64,000 nucleotides of DNA from Candidatus Anderseniibacteriota bacterium (GCA_016197005.1 JACPWO010000002.1:8483-72482), one strand, 5' to 3'; numbered from the stretch's first letter, positions 28,711 through 38,601 are shown. Numbers and translations: made by a program. The notes: generated by a model not told the origin, from the letters alone.

Positions 28711-28762
28711 CTTGTCATAAACGGAATTTTGGTTCGAACCTTCTCTATTCCTCGGAGCAAAA
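28711..28762 (+). repeat. Conserved intergenic motif, copy 2, with the perfect palindrome GGTTCGAACC.
   Basis: 41/50 identity with 10511-10560 in the same orientation. Confidence 0.6.
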
Positions 28763-28802
28763 TATTTCTGGTGTTCGTATATGGTGGTGGTAAGTTTAAT
28801 AC

Positions 28803-29507
28803 ATGCAAAATTTACCAACAGCCGAAATATACGAAAAGGAGTTTAGGTATTTCCCTTGGGGGATTTTAGTAAAGCAAATTGAAGATATTGTGTTAACCAA
28901 GGCCCCATCAGATGGAACAGTTCTCGACTTGATGTGTGGCACTGGTTATTCCTTGGCAGAGCTTCACAAAAAGCGCATAGATCTTGTTTTGACGGGTGTA
29001 GATCTAGAACCAGAGTTTATTCAATATGCTAAAGCTCATTACCGTGGTATTGATTTTGTGGTGGCTGATGCTTTTGAATGGCAACCTCCTGGTAAGTATA
29101 ATGTTGTCCTCTGTATGGCTGGTGTGCACCATCTTCAATACGAGAAACAGGAGCCATTCATCAAAAAGATTTCTAAACTCATCACAGATGACGGTCTGGC
29201 CATAGTGGCTGACCCCTATATTGATGATTATAAGGACGAGGGAGAGCGAAAAATTGCAAGCGCTAAATTGGGATATGAGTATCTTATTGCAACTATTCAA
29301 AATGACGCTCCAGAAGAGATTGTGGAAGCAGCTATTGGAATATCACGGAACGATGTTTTGGGAATTGAATATAAGAGCTCACTTAAGAGAATGAAGCTCG
29401 TGTTTGAGAAGTACTTTGCTACAGCCGATCTACATAAGACATGGCCAAATCATGATTCGGAATATGGTGATTACTACTTTGTTTTACGAAATCCCACGAT
29501 TACATAA
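28803..29507 (+). CDS. Class I SAM-dependent methyltransferase.
   Basis: Motif I VLDLMCGTGYS. Acidic loop after beta-2 (GVDLEPE). Confidence 0.7.
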   Translation: MQNLPTAEIYEKEFRYFPWGILVKQIEDIVLTKAPSDGTVLDLMCGTGYSLAELHKKRIDLVLTGVDLEPEFIQYAKAHYRGIDFVVADAFEWQPPGKYNVVLCMAGVHHLQYEKQEPFIKKISKLITDDGLAIVADPYIDDYKDEGERKIASAKLGYEYLIATIQNDAPEEIVEAAIGISRNDVLGIEYKSSLKRMKLVFEKYFATADLHKTWPNHDSEYGDYYFVLRNPTIT

Positions 29508-29598
29508 ACTCTGTGTTTAGGAAGGAGCAGGTTCTTACTTTCTCTACCGTGGCGAGCAATCTTGACCCCTATTCCGCTCTGATCCACTCTAGGAGATA

Positions 29599-30720
29599 AT
29601 GAGTAAAACACGAAAAATTTTCTTTGTTATGGCAGGTGGTGGTCACGAAACCGATCAACATTACCATGACACTATTAAAAACCGTCGGTCTCTAGACGAA
29701 ATCGAGAAGTTCATTAACCCCGAGGAAACAGAGCAATTAAGGAACTACGCCCATGGCCGATCTTATGCCGCGTGGGGTGCCGTACCAGGAACGAATAATA
29801 TCCGGAATTGGGAAGTTATGGAGCCAGGTGATTACGTGATGGTGTATCGAAAGGGAAAAATTATTCTTGCGGCTGAGATAGCATTAAAAGTTCGTAATGA
29901 GAACTTAGCTCACCATTTCTGGCAAAAAGATGAGAATGGCAAAACCTGGGAATATATGTATTTCATGACGAATGACGTCGCCCTTAACGTCTCAATGTCC
30001 AGGTTGAATAAATACCTTGGCTATGAGGAAAATTATCATCCTCAAGGGTTTATGGCCATGAAGCAAGACAGAGTAGATCGACTACTATCTGTATATGGTG
30101 ATCTCGTATCCTTGCTCGAGAAACTAGAAAAGGGTGAAGAACTTGAAGAGATAGAGTTTGAAAGGAAAAAGATCGTGAGCGAAATTATTGAAGAAAAAAC
30201 TGCAAAAGCACCAACTGAGCACACAGAAATGCAGTGGCGGCTCATTCGTCTAGGTATCATGTCTAGTTTTGATGTGTGGGTGCCGGCTGGTGACCAAGCA
30301 AGAGAATTCGACGGGCATAAATTCCGCGATCACGTTATGAAGGAGTTTCAGGAAACTATCGATGTACCGACGTATATAAAGAATATTGATACGGTCTGGA
30401 AACTGGGACATTCAATTAAGTCGGCCTTTGAAATAGAACACTCAACAAGCATTTATTCAGGGATCTTACGCTTGTCTGACTTGCGTACGTTGACTCCGAA
30501 TTCCACATATCCACTTTTTATAGTTGCCAGTCGTGAGCGAAAAAGTAAGGTCTTTGAACAACTACGAAGACCTACGTTTGCCAGTAGCTATTTGTCTCTT
30601 GATCAAGCAGTCAAATACCTCTCATACGATGCGGTGAGAAAACTGGATAATGAACACAAAGAAAAACAAACTCAATTCGATATCGATTGGTTAACCAAAG
30701 AAGCGGAGTCAGTGGTTTAG
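29599..30720 (+). CDS. Protein with a PUA/EVE-like N-terminal domain and a C-terminal domain that may be a PD-(D/E)xK-like nuclease.
   Basis: WGAVPGTNNIRNWEVMEPGDYVMVYRKGKIILAAEIA parallels the EVE consensus (W.GV.N...RN...M.PGD.V.FYHS...IVGVAEV). C-terminal FDVWV...IDTVW...AFEIEH hints at a nuclease fold. Confidence 0.45.
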   Translation: MSKTRKIFFVMAGGGHETDQHYHDTIKNRRSLDEIEKFINPEETEQLRNYAHGRSYAAWGAVPGTNNIRNWEVMEPGDYVMVYRKGKIILAAEIALKVRNENLAHHFWQKDENGKTWEYMYFMTNDVALNVSMSRLNKYLGYEENYHPQGFMAMKQDRVDRLLSVYGDLVSLLEKLEKGEELEEIEFERKKIVSEIIEEKTAKAPTEHTEMQWRLIRLGIMSSFDVWVPAGDQAREFDGHKFRDHVMKEFQETIDVPTYIKNIDTVWKLGHSIKSAFEIEHSTSIYSGILRLSDLRTLTPNSTYPLFIVASRERKSKVFEQLRRPTFASSYLSLDQAVKYLSYDAVRKLDNEHKEKQTQFDIDWLTKEAESVV

Positions 30721-30788
30721 ATCGAGAAAGTAGCTCTTTCTTTGTAGTTGTAAACATGCATTGATTAATGATGGAGTAAAGTAAGAAT

Positions 30789-31508
30789 ATGACTCGGCAA
30801 CCAGACATGAATCGATACCGTCGTCTTGTATATCAGGATTACCGCGCCGGAACCAAACAAATTCTGAGAGATAGCCAAGAAGAAAAATGGCCGTATTGGG
30901 TAGGGGTCTTAGGGAAGAAATTTATTGTATATAGAAACGTATTTTCACCCAAGTATTTTAACGACACGGAGTTTTTTGCACGTGAGTTACCGATAATGCC
31001 TGGGGAAAATGTGCTGGAAATAGGTTGTGGTACTGGCGTGATTGCTATTTTTGCCAAGCACAAAGGAGCTAATAAAGTTGTTGCTGCGGATATAAACCTC
31101 GCTGCTGTCAAAAATACAAAAGAGAATGTCCGGTTACATAAAATGGAAGATGAGATCAATGTTCGTGCAGGTGATGTATATGAGGCGATTGGAGAGAACG
31201 AAAAATTTGATGTTATATTTTGGAACATTCCATTTGGATTTACTGAGAATAAAAAAATCTCAAACCTGGAAAAATCTATTAACGATCCAGGGTATAAAGC
31301 AGTGGAACGGTTTATCAAAGAGGGAAAAAATTACTTAAAGAATGGTGGTCGGCTGCTAATTGGTTTTAGTACCACCCTCGGAAAGTTCGAGCTCATACAA
31401 AAGTTTGTGGCGGAGGCAAATATGTCACTTCGACTTTTAGAAGAAACAGAACCTACGGAACTTCATCCCGTGAAATTCGAAATCTTTGAAGTGACCCCGA
31501 AACAGTAA
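30789..31508 (+). CDS. SAM-dependent methyltransferase of the small-domain family, with an N-I-P-F (NPPY-like) motif.
   Basis: Motif I LEIGCGTGVIA. Motif IV DVIFWNIPFG, typical of N6-adenine, N5-glutamine or m2G methyltransferases. Confidence 0.65.
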   Translation: MTRQPDMNRYRRLVYQDYRAGTKQILRDSQEEKWPYWVGVLGKKFIVYRNVFSPKYFNDTEFFARELPIMPGENVLEIGCGTGVIAIFAKHKGANKVVAADINLAAVKNTKENVRLHKMEDEINVRAGDVYEAIGENEKFDVIFWNIPFGFTENKKISNLEKSINDPGYKAVERFIKEGKNYLKNGGRLLIGFSTTLGKFELIQKFVAEANMSLRLLEETEPTELHPVKFEIFEVTPKQ

Positions 31509-31595
31509 CAGTGATTTATTGTAGGTAATAAATCATGCTACTTGGAATATCCAGAAACTTGACTTCCTAGAGAGAAGGAGAAAAATAAGCTCAAT

Positions 31596-32294
31596 ATGGC
31601 AAACAAGAATGAATTCGAACTCTTCAGCGTTTTCACCGGTCTTTTTGTGGCTAGCCTGATTATTTCAAATGTTACAGCGCCAAAAATCGTAGACTTTGGT
31701 TGGTTGCAGATATCTGGTGCAACTATCATTTTCCCCCTCAGCTTTATTTTCGGAGACATTTTAACCGAAGTGTATGGATATGCGCGTAGTCGAAGGGTAA
31801 TCTGGACTGGTTTTGCTGCCGTTATTTTACTAGCTGTCAGTACCTGGATTATTAAAGTTTTGCCGCCTGCTGCACTTTGGCAGGATCAGGCAGCGTTCGA
31901 AGTAATCTTTGGACTTACTCCCCGTATCGCCCTGGCGAGCATTACGGCTTATTGGGCAGGGGAATTTTGTAACAGCTTTGTGGTAAGTAAAATGAAATAT
32001 CTAGTAAAGGGTAAGCGCGGGGGTAGCCAAGCCTGGCGGTTTATAGCCTCCACTATTGTTGGAGAGGGAGTGGACTCTATTGTATTTATGACAGTTGCGT
32101 TCGTTGGTGTATTGCCATCAGCGGCTATTATTCAAACAATAATTGGCATCTACATCTTCAAAGTTGCGTATGAGATTATTGCCACTCCATTTAGTACTCG
32201 TTTTGCAAATTGGGTGAAGAAAGTAGAAGGAATTGATCAGATAGACTATCCAGAGAGGATAAACTATAACCCTTTTTCTGTTTTTAGTAAGTAA
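31596..32294 (+). CDS. yhhQ: Queuosine precursor transporter (VUT/YhhQ family, DUF165).
   Basis: ISNVTAPKIV...FPLSFIFGDILTEVYGYARSRRVIWTGF matches the hallmark YhhQ motifs. Six TM helices. Confidence 0.8.
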   Translation: MANKNEFELFSVFTGLFVASLIISNVTAPKIVDFGWLQISGATIIFPLSFIFGDILTEVYGYARSRRVIWTGFAAVILLAVSTWIIKVLPPAALWQDQAAFEVIFGLTPRIALASITAYWAGEFCNSFVVSKMKYLVKGKRGGSQAWRFIASTIVGEGVDSIVFMTVAFVGVLPSAAIIQTIIGIYIFKVAYEIIATPFSTRFANWVKKVEGIDQIDYPERINYNPFSVFSK

Positions 32295-32502
32295 ATAGGT
32301 TTTCATATAAGCTCGTCTTTTAACAGCAGACTTATGTTGAATGCTTCTTTAATCTTCCAGAATCAATAAACTAAATCGTCATCGTCCTAAGTCTGGAATA
32401 TAGGTATACCCCTTTTGCCTCTGGAAAATAGTTCTAACGTTGTTCACGATACGGAGCAAAATTTGAGATTGCGTACGCGATAGCGACTTGTAAGATATAC
32501 CT

Positions 32503-32817
32503 ATGGCCAACAAAAAAATCTCCACGGGGACCGTGCATACACTGCCAGCGGATTTACGAAAGGCTTTGACGTCTGACCCGAAGGCGCGTACAGCCTGGGA
32601 GGATATTACGCCGCTCGCCCGCAACGAATGGATCTGCTGGACTATTTCCGTCAAAAATCCAGAGACGAGAAAAAATCATGTAGAGCGGACGATCACGGAG
32701 CTTAGAGAAGGAATGCGCCGGCCTTGTTGTTGGTATGGCTGTATTCACCGGACAGATAAATCGATAAGTCCCTCGGTACAAAGTGTAGTGCTCCGCAAAC
32801 TACGCAAGTCAAAATAA
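32503..32817 (+). CDS. YdeI/OmpD-associated family protein (DUF1905-type).
   Basis: TLPADLRKALTSDPKARTAWEDITPLARNEWICWT matches the YdeI pattern. Confidence 0.55.
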   Translation: MANKKISTGTVHTLPADLRKALTSDPKARTAWEDITPLARNEWICWTISVKNPETRKNHVERTITELREGMRRPCCWYGCIHRTDKSISPSVQSVVLRKLRKSK

Positions 32818-32945
32818 TATAAGAAACCGTTATAGGGTGGTAGTCGAAAAGCTAAATTCTTGTAGCTGATTTTTAATATTTGATCAAGCCACAGGTCTAA
32901 ACACATTTAACAAAGGTAGCCAATGACTTTTGCTATACTAAGGAC

Positions 32946-33386
32946 ATGACGATCAAGAGATTAGACCACGTTAGTGTCGTCGTCGACGACCTTACACCCG
33001 CTATCGCTTTTTTCACCGTGCTCGGTATGACGATCGAGGGCAAGGCATCGGTCGATGGTTCGTGGGCGGACCAAGTTAACGGCCTCAAAGGTGTCCAAGC
33101 CGACATCGTTATGATGCGAACCCCCGATGGACACGGACGGCTTGAGCTAACAAAGTTTCGCAATCCAAAGCTGATCGAGATCGAACCGGCGATTGCACCG
33201 CCAAACACGATGGGTCTTCGGAGTGTCATGTTTACAGTCGAAAGCGTCGATGACACAGTCGCTCGCCTGCGCGAGAGCGGCGCCGAACTCATCGGCGAAG
33301 TGGTTCAGTATGAGGACACGTACAGACTTTGTTATATGCGAGGCCCGGCGGGCATAATCGTCGCGCTGGCCGAAGAGCTTACCTAA
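32946..33386 (+). CDS. VOC/glyoxalase-family protein.
   Basis: LDHVSVVVDDL...AIAFF with a beta-alpha-beta-beta-beta layout. Confidence 0.6.
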   Translation: MTIKRLDHVSVVVDDLTPAIAFFTVLGMTIEGKASVDGSWADQVNGLKGVQADIVMMRTPDGHGRLELTKFRNPKLIEIEPAIAPPNTMGLRSVMFTVESVDDTVARLRESGAELIGEVVQYEDTYRLCYMRGPAGIIVALAEELT

Positions 33387-33447
33387 TCGACCGGCTGCGT
33401 ATTACGGACACCATGACTCCTTTATATCAAGACTCTAAACGAAATAC

Positions 33448-33903
33448 ATGAGAAGCATAAAAAATAAAGCGCTGGCAGCACTAGAACCTCTAATCGGAGA
33501 ATGGGAATACACCATGTACAACTCCTGGTTTTTGGAGAGCCTGGACACTAAGGTGAAGGGATTTACAGCTATCGAGCGACTGCAGGATTCTTTTATAGTT
33601 ATCCGCAGTAGCGATGCCGATAAAAAGCCGAGTGATATCTGGGTTATTGGCTTCAGCGATCCGCAAAAGAAGTATCAGATGTTTTATTACGACGAGCGTG
33701 GTGTAGCCCGTATTTTCAACATGACATTTGATGGTAAAAGATTATTTTTCTGGAGAGAGGACGAAGATTTTTACCAGCGGATGACCATTGATATTGAGTC
33801 CGATGGGTTACATTCTGTTGCTGAGGCATCAGAAGATAAAGGGAAAACATGGAGAAAAGATTTAGAAATGGCGCATAGGAAACTCACATATGAAAAACCT
33901 TAA
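33448..33903 (+). CDS. Hypothetical protein.
   Basis: 151-aa ORF. Confidence 0.4.
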   Translation: MRSIKNKALAALEPLIGEWEYTMYNSWFLESLDTKVKGFTAIERLQDSFIVIRSSDADKKPSDIWVIGFSDPQKKYQMFYYDERGVARIFNMTFDGKRLFFWREDEDFYQRMTIDIESDGLHSVAEASEDKGKTWRKDLEMAHRKLTYEKP

Positions 33904-34324
33904 ATTTTCAATTGAAATACAAGCTTCTAAAGAGATGGTGTGGAATACCCTTTGGGAAGACAAAACGTTTCGTGACTGGGCGAACATCATCGATGAAGGA
34001 ACATACATGGTTGGAAGTATGAAAGAAGGAGCCGAAGTGCAGTTTATTTCCTCTGTAAACGGCTATGGCGTAACCAGTTTCGTTGAGAAATGTATTCCCT
34101 ATGAGTTTGCGCTCCTTAAGCACAAGGCAGATACACAAGAGAGCGGCCAGCAAGAGCGGGCAAACGAATGGACCGGCGGGCAAGAACGCTATTCACTTAC
34201 AGAGGGTGATGGTACTACTACGTTGACGGTTGAGCTCGACACACCACCTGAACAAGTGGAAACATTTGAGGAAAGATTACCAAAAGCTTTGAGGCGAATT
34301 AAGGAATTGGCAGAGAGTAAGTAA
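33890..34324 (+). CDS. SRPBCC (AHSA1-like) domain protein.
   Basis: IEIQASKEMVWNTLWEDKTFRDW is the typical N-terminus of SRPBCC/AHSA1. Confidence 0.55.
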   Translation: MKNLKFSIEIQASKEMVWNTLWEDKTFRDWANIIDEGTYMVGSMKEGAEVQFISSVNGYGVTSFVEKCIPYEFALLKHKADTQESGQQERANEWTGGQERYSLTEGDGTTTLTVELDTPPEQVETFEERLPKALRRIKELAESK

Positions 34325-34392
34325 GGGATTGCCTAGAAAACCAGTCTGTGCTTCACTAACTTCCGTCGCTTTCGTCATGGGGATGATCGCGA

Positions 34393-35115
34393 ATGTTCCT
34401 TTCATTAGGAAAGGCTGACATCATGAACGATGCTCGGTTAACGTTCGAAGATTCGCATGGTTTCCTTAAGGACTTATTTGAAAGGCTTGCGAGCTATCGA
34501 GGGCCGCTATGGCACGAAGCATTCAAGCGCTTTCTTGTGGCGACAAATCCCGAGTTTTATATGCTCGAGATTGGTCAGCTGGGAACTGCCCAGCTTTTGC
34601 TTGAGAGGTTCCATCAAGCAGGATTCAGTATTTCGCCACACGATGGGGTATTGTATGAAGCATTACGAAACAGCAAACCTGAATCGATCTATATGCTGCA
34701 AGAATGTTTTCGTATGTTGCCAGTTCGAGCAATGGGTCCGCCAACTGCTTATGCTGTCCGCGGGTTCGGGCATACAAATGGATGTGTGGCAACTAGCTGG
34801 GAAGCTGCGTGCAGACTCCTGCTGGAAGTCGAGGAAAAGCCTAAACAAGGATTTCATTCTCCAAGACGGCTACTCAATTTTGCCCCGACACCAGTGGTGT
34901 GGACTTTTGTGGGAGGTGACCATAAAAGTCGTGCGAGCTTAGCGACTATTTCTGAGCAGTCAGAGCCAATGTTGGTGGCGCTTGTGTCTGCCGATTCAGG
35001 CCTTAAGTTCAAAGGTATTGTAGAAGCAGAATATATGTACCGATGCCTGGATCGCGACTCCAATCAAATCCTACCGAGTGATGTATTTCTTTTCTCGATC
35101 AATACCAAGAACTAG
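34393..35115 (+). CDS. Hypothetical protein.
   Basis: 240-aa ORF. Confidence 0.4.
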   Translation: MFLSLGKADIMNDARLTFEDSHGFLKDLFERLASYRGPLWHEAFKRFLVATNPEFYMLEIGQLGTAQLLLERFHQAGFSISPHDGVLYEALRNSKPESIYMLQECFRMLPVRAMGPPTAYAVRGFGHTNGCVATSWEAACRLLLEVEEKPKQGFHSPRRLLNFAPTPVVWTFVGGDHKSRASLATISEQSEPMLVALVSADSGLKFKGIVEAEYMYRCLDRDSNQILPSDVFLFSINTKN

Positions 35116-35184
35116 TATTTCAGAAAAGAGATCCTCGAGCCTCTCGTGACACTGTCACTTGGGGCTCATTTTCTTGTTGATGAC

Positions 35185-35583
35185 TCAGTTGTTTGCAGTG
35201 ACGAAGTGTAATGCAAAAAGATGTCCTTGATAGCTGATGGGTACGATTATAACGGTAGTATCAATCATCTCACCAGTTTGTTTCTTCCAGGTAATAGGAG
35301 TTGTTGAAGCCGCTTTCAACTCCATGGCTTTCTGAAACGCATCAATGAGAGCTTCTTGGCTATTTTTATTCACGAATACTTGAGGAAAAGGTTCGGTCAC
35401 TTCTGCCCACGCTTCTGTCGAAGCATAGCCTAATAAATCAGCAAACTTTTGGTTGCATATCTTATGGGCATCGTCGAGATACAAATATATAGCCTGATTA
35501 GACTCTTCAAAGATTTCTTTGAGTTGGTCAGATAATCCTTGTAGTAACTCGTTATGATGTTCGTGATCCGTCATGGTACTCAC
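35185..35583 (-). CDS. Small protein that looks like a PAS domain.
   Basis: 132 aa. EESNQAIYLYLDD...KFADLLGY resembles a PAS fold. Confidence 0.35.
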   Translation of the reverse strand: MSTMTDHEHHNELLQGLSDQLKEIFEESNQAIYLYLDDAHKICNQKFADLLGYASTEAWAEVTEPFPQVFVNKNSQEALIDAFQKAMELKAASTTPITWKKQTGEMIDTTVIIVPISYQGHLFALHFVTANN

Positions 35584-35613
35584 ACTATATCACATTTGAG
35601 CGGGATGTGCATT

Positions 35614-36063
35614 TTAATTTAATCGCCAGATAGCAAAATTTAGGACAGTTGCGAACATTACCCACGCAGCATACGGCACCAGCAAGAATGCCGCAGTGCG
35701 ATCAGTTTTATAGAACTGAAGTATAAGAGTTACGATCATGGTTAGTAGAATCACGATATCCAGAAGACCAAGGAGCGGACTATGGAGGCCGAAGAAGAGG
35801 AATGACCACAAAACATTCACGATCAGGTGAATACTAAACAACGCTGTCGATCCATTCCGTGACCAGATGCGATAAAAGGCAATCCCCATGAGGATATAGA
35901 GACCAGTCCACACGGGGGCAAACAACCAATTAGGTGGACTAAATGATGGTTTCATTAACGTCACATACCAGGTTGGAATTTCTGGCGCAGTAAACAGCGA
36001 ACCGATCAGTCCTGCTGCCAAGGGCAGAGCGAGCGCGATGCCACATTTCAGTAATCGGTTCAT
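35614..36063 (-). CDS. tspO: TspO/MBR tryptophan-rich sensory protein.
   Basis: PSFSPPNWLFAPVWTGLYILMGIAFYRIW. Five TM helices. Confidence 0.8.
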   Translation of the reverse strand: MNRLLKCGIALALPLAAGLIGSLFTAPEIPTWYVTLMKPSFSPPNWLFAPVWTGLYILMGIAFYRIWSRNGSTALFSIHLIVNVLWSFLFFGLHSPLLGLLDIVILLTMIVTLILQFYKTDRTAAFLLVPYAAWVMFATVLNFAIWRLN

Positions 36064-36067
36064 GGAG

Positions 36068-36490
36068 TTATCGAAGCGTCATTAAAATAGCGCCGGTAGT
36101 GATGAGGGCCGCTCCCACTCCTGTTTTCCAGGTAAGGTGATCAGACAAAAAGAGCACCGCAAAGATAAGCACGAAGACGACACTTAAGCGATCCAGCGCC
36201 GCTACCGCTGGAGCGGGCCCGGTACGCAGGGCAACAAAGTAGGCCAGCCAGGAAAGAGCGCCGGCAATACCAGACAGAGCAATAAAGAGCAGTGCCTTGG
36301 TATCAATGGTTGCTAGCAATTTCCCTTTTCCAAGGAGAAGGGCGGTTACGACAAGAAAGCCAGCCATAATCACTGACCGCACCGTCGTAGCCAGAGTAGG
36401 ATCAATACTTTGGATACCAACTTTCCCTACGATAGCTACCAGAGCCGCAAAGACGGCTGACAGAAGTGCAAAAATAATCCAACTGATCAT
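36068..36490 (-). CDS. EamA-like (DMT superfamily) four-TM transporter.
   Basis: Four TM helices with an EamA-like pattern; 140 aa. Confidence 0.55.
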   Translation of the reverse strand: MISWIIFALLSAVFAALVAIVGKVGIQSIDPTLATTVRSVIMAGFLVVTALLLGKGKLLATIDTKALLFIALSGIAGALSWLAYFVALRTGPAPAVAALDRLSVVFVLIFAVLFLSDHLTWKTGVGAALITTGAILMTLR

Positions 36491-36537
36491 CTATCCAGTA
36501 TAGTCCTGGTTCGGTGATATACTAATGACTAGTACGC

Positions 36538-36936
36538 ATGAAAGGATTTATTGAAAATATTGAGCAACTGACAATAGCTAACGAATACTTTCGTCAGGTA
36601 CTCTACACAGCTACACATACACAGCTCACTGTGATGCACCTGCAGCCGAAAGAAAGCATTGGCGAAGAAGTGCATGACGTTGATCAATTTTTACGCATTG
36701 AGGAAGGTACCGGTCGAGCAGTTCTCGATGGCCATGAAAGCAAGCTAACCGATGGTAGTGTTGTGATTGTCCCGGCTGGAGTAAACCACAACATCATCAA
36801 TGACTCAGATACTGAGCCATTGAAGCTTTATACTCTCTACTGTCCACCTCATCATCGCGATGGTGTTATTCATACCACCAAAGAGGAAGCGGTACATGAC
36901 TCCGAGCACTTTGACGGAAAAACTACAGAATTCTAA
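36538..36936 (+). CDS. Cupin-domain protein.
   Basis: Motif HDVDQFLRIEEGTG...VIVPAGVNHNI (cupin_2). Confidence 0.6.
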   Translation: MKGFIENIEQLTIANEYFRQVLYTATHTQLTVMHLQPKESIGEEVHDVDQFLRIEEGTGRAVLDGHESKLTDGSVVIVPAGVNHNIINDSDTEPLKLYTLYCPPHHRDGVIHTTKEEAVHDSEHFDGKTTEF

Positions 36937-36941
36937 CTACT

Positions 36942-37193
36942 ATGACTGACGAAAAAACAACTCAAGAAGAATTTAAAATTTCAGCTGACAAGGTTGTCGA
37001 AAAAATCAAAATGCTGCTCAAGGAAGGAAATGTCCGGCGAATTACCATCAAAAACGAAGAAGGAGTTGTCTTAATTGTCATCCCACTAACGATTGCCATT
37101 ATTGGTACGGTGCTTGCCCCTATTTTGGCAGCGGTCGGTGCTTTAGCGGCTCTTCTTACGAACTGCACGATTGTTGTTGAGCGAAGAGTATGA
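36942..37193 (+). CDS. DUF4342-family protein.
   Basis: Soluble N-terminus plus a Gly/Ala-rich C-terminal hydrophobic segment (VIPLTIAIIGTVLAPILAAVGALAALL). Confidence 0.45.
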   Translation: MTDEKTTQEEFKISADKVVEKIKMLLKEGNVRRITIKNEEGVVLIVIPLTIAIIGTVLAPILAAVGALAALLTNCTIVVERRV

Positions 37194-37414
37194 CACTCGA
37201 AACACTTACTACCATAAGTCCATGGGTACTGATCGTTCTCGTAGTTTGGTCATTTATCTGGAAAGGCATGGCATTGTGGTGCGCAGCGCGACGTAATCAA
37301 AAAGGATGGTTCATTGCTCTTTTGCTTATAAATACCGTCGGTCTGCTGGATATTTTGTACATCTACGTTATTTGTCGAAAAAGCACTGTCAAAAATTCTT
37401 CTCAGGATTTGTAA
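37190..37414 (+). CDS. Small two-TM membrane protein (PLDc_N/DUF-like).
   Basis: WVLIVLVVWSFIWKGMALWCAARRNQKGWFIALLLINTVGLLDILY. Confidence 0.4.
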   Translation: MTLETLTTISPWVLIVLVVWSFIWKGMALWCAARRNQKGWFIALLLINTVGLLDILYIYVICRKSTVKNSSQDL

Positions 37415-37453
37415 GTTCAATTTCATTGGCTTGAACTATTCCACTCATAGTAT

Positions 37454-38017
37454 ATGTCTCGTCGCAGCAGTCGCCAGTATTCACATTTGTACCAAAACTT
37501 CGGTATTGTTGCGCTCAGTATTCTTATTGCCGTTCTTATTTCTAAGTCAGCAACCTTAGAAATATTCTTGGTTAATATTGGTGAGCAGCGCCTGATTGGT
37601 AGTTTCTTTACCGGCATACTTTTTACTTCTGTCTTCACAGCTGCTCCGGCCGCAGTTCTATTAGGTGAGTTAGCGCAAACCAACTCTGTCTGGTTAGTGG
37701 CACTCACAGGTGCTATCGGTGCTTTGATTGGCGATTTCGTGATATTTCGTTTTGTCCGCGACCGTCTATCCGAGGATATGCTGTTTTTGCTCAATCATCG
37801 AAAGCGTCGATTTAAGAAAATTCTTAAGCTGCCAACTGCCCGCTGGGTGCTTGCAATTGTGGGCTTCTTGGTTGTTGCCTCACCATTGCCGGATGAGCTT
37901 GGTGTAACATTGCTTGGCTTTGCGAAAACACGGCACAAAATATTCTTTTTCATATCATTTCTGGCCAACTTTCTGGGTATTCTGGCTGTTGGGTGGGCAG
38001 CACAAAGCGTGATTTAA
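37454..38017 (+). CDS. Hypothetical membrane protein.
   Basis: Four to five TM helices. Confidence 0.4.
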   Translation: MSRRSSRQYSHLYQNFGIVALSILIAVLISKSATLEIFLVNIGEQRLIGSFFTGILFTSVFTAAPAAVLLGELAQTNSVWLVALTGAIGALIGDFVIFRFVRDRLSEDMLFLLNHRKRRFKKILKLPTARWVLAIVGFLVVASPLPDELGVTLLGFAKTRHKIFFFISFLANFLGILAVGWAAQSVI

Positions 38018-38178
38018 ATGCCTACTATTTATTCCACGGGCTCAGGTTGGTTGATTCTCAGCGGGTACGTAATCGGTTGATCTTCCCGTTTTTGTATCGC
38101 AGGCCTCATTGCTGGAAAGGCAGTTTGAAGCTTTCTGGTGTTTCTAGATATGGATGCTAGGCTTAAAAATAACTATCT

Positions 38179-38601
38179 ATGGCTGAATTAAAAACGAAGC
38201 GTACTAATCAAAGCGCCAAGGATTTTTTGAATACCATTGAACCTGAAGAAAAGAAGAAAGACGGCTTAGCTCTTCTTGCTCTGTTTCAAAAAGTTACTGG
38301 TGAGAAAGCTGTCATGTGGGGATCAAGTATTGTTGGGTTTGGTATGTATCACTACAAGTCAGAGAGGAGTTCACAAGAAGGAGACTGGCCGTTAGTTGGG
38401 TTCTCACCGCGGAAACAAAATCTCACGCTCTACATAATGCATGGCAATAAACAGAGTGATTCACTGTTTAAAAAACTAGGCAAACATAAGACGAGTCTCG
38501 GGTGTTTGTATATCAAGAAACTGGCTGGTGTCGATCAAGCAGCTCTGGAATCACTGATTAAAAAATCTTTTCAGTACATGAAAAAGACGACAAAGAAGTA
38601 G
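38179..38601 (+). CDS. DUF1801 (YdhG-like) domain protein.
   Basis: SAKDFLNTIEPEEKKKDGLALLALFQKVTGEKAVMWGSSIVGFG. Confidence 0.6.
   Translation: MAELKTKRTNQSAKDFLNTIEPEEKKKDGLALLALFQKVTGEKAVMWGSSIVGFGMYHYKSERSSQEGDWPLVGFSPRKQNLTLYIMHGNKQSDSLFKKLGKHKTSLGCLYIKKLAGVDQAALESLIKKSFQYMKKTTKK

Noticed and set aside
29599-30720. Considered calling the EVE-like protein a McrB-type GTPase restriction subunit.
   Set aside because: No P-loop or GTPase motifs are present. Only the reader-like N-domain and a possible nuclease fold are supported.
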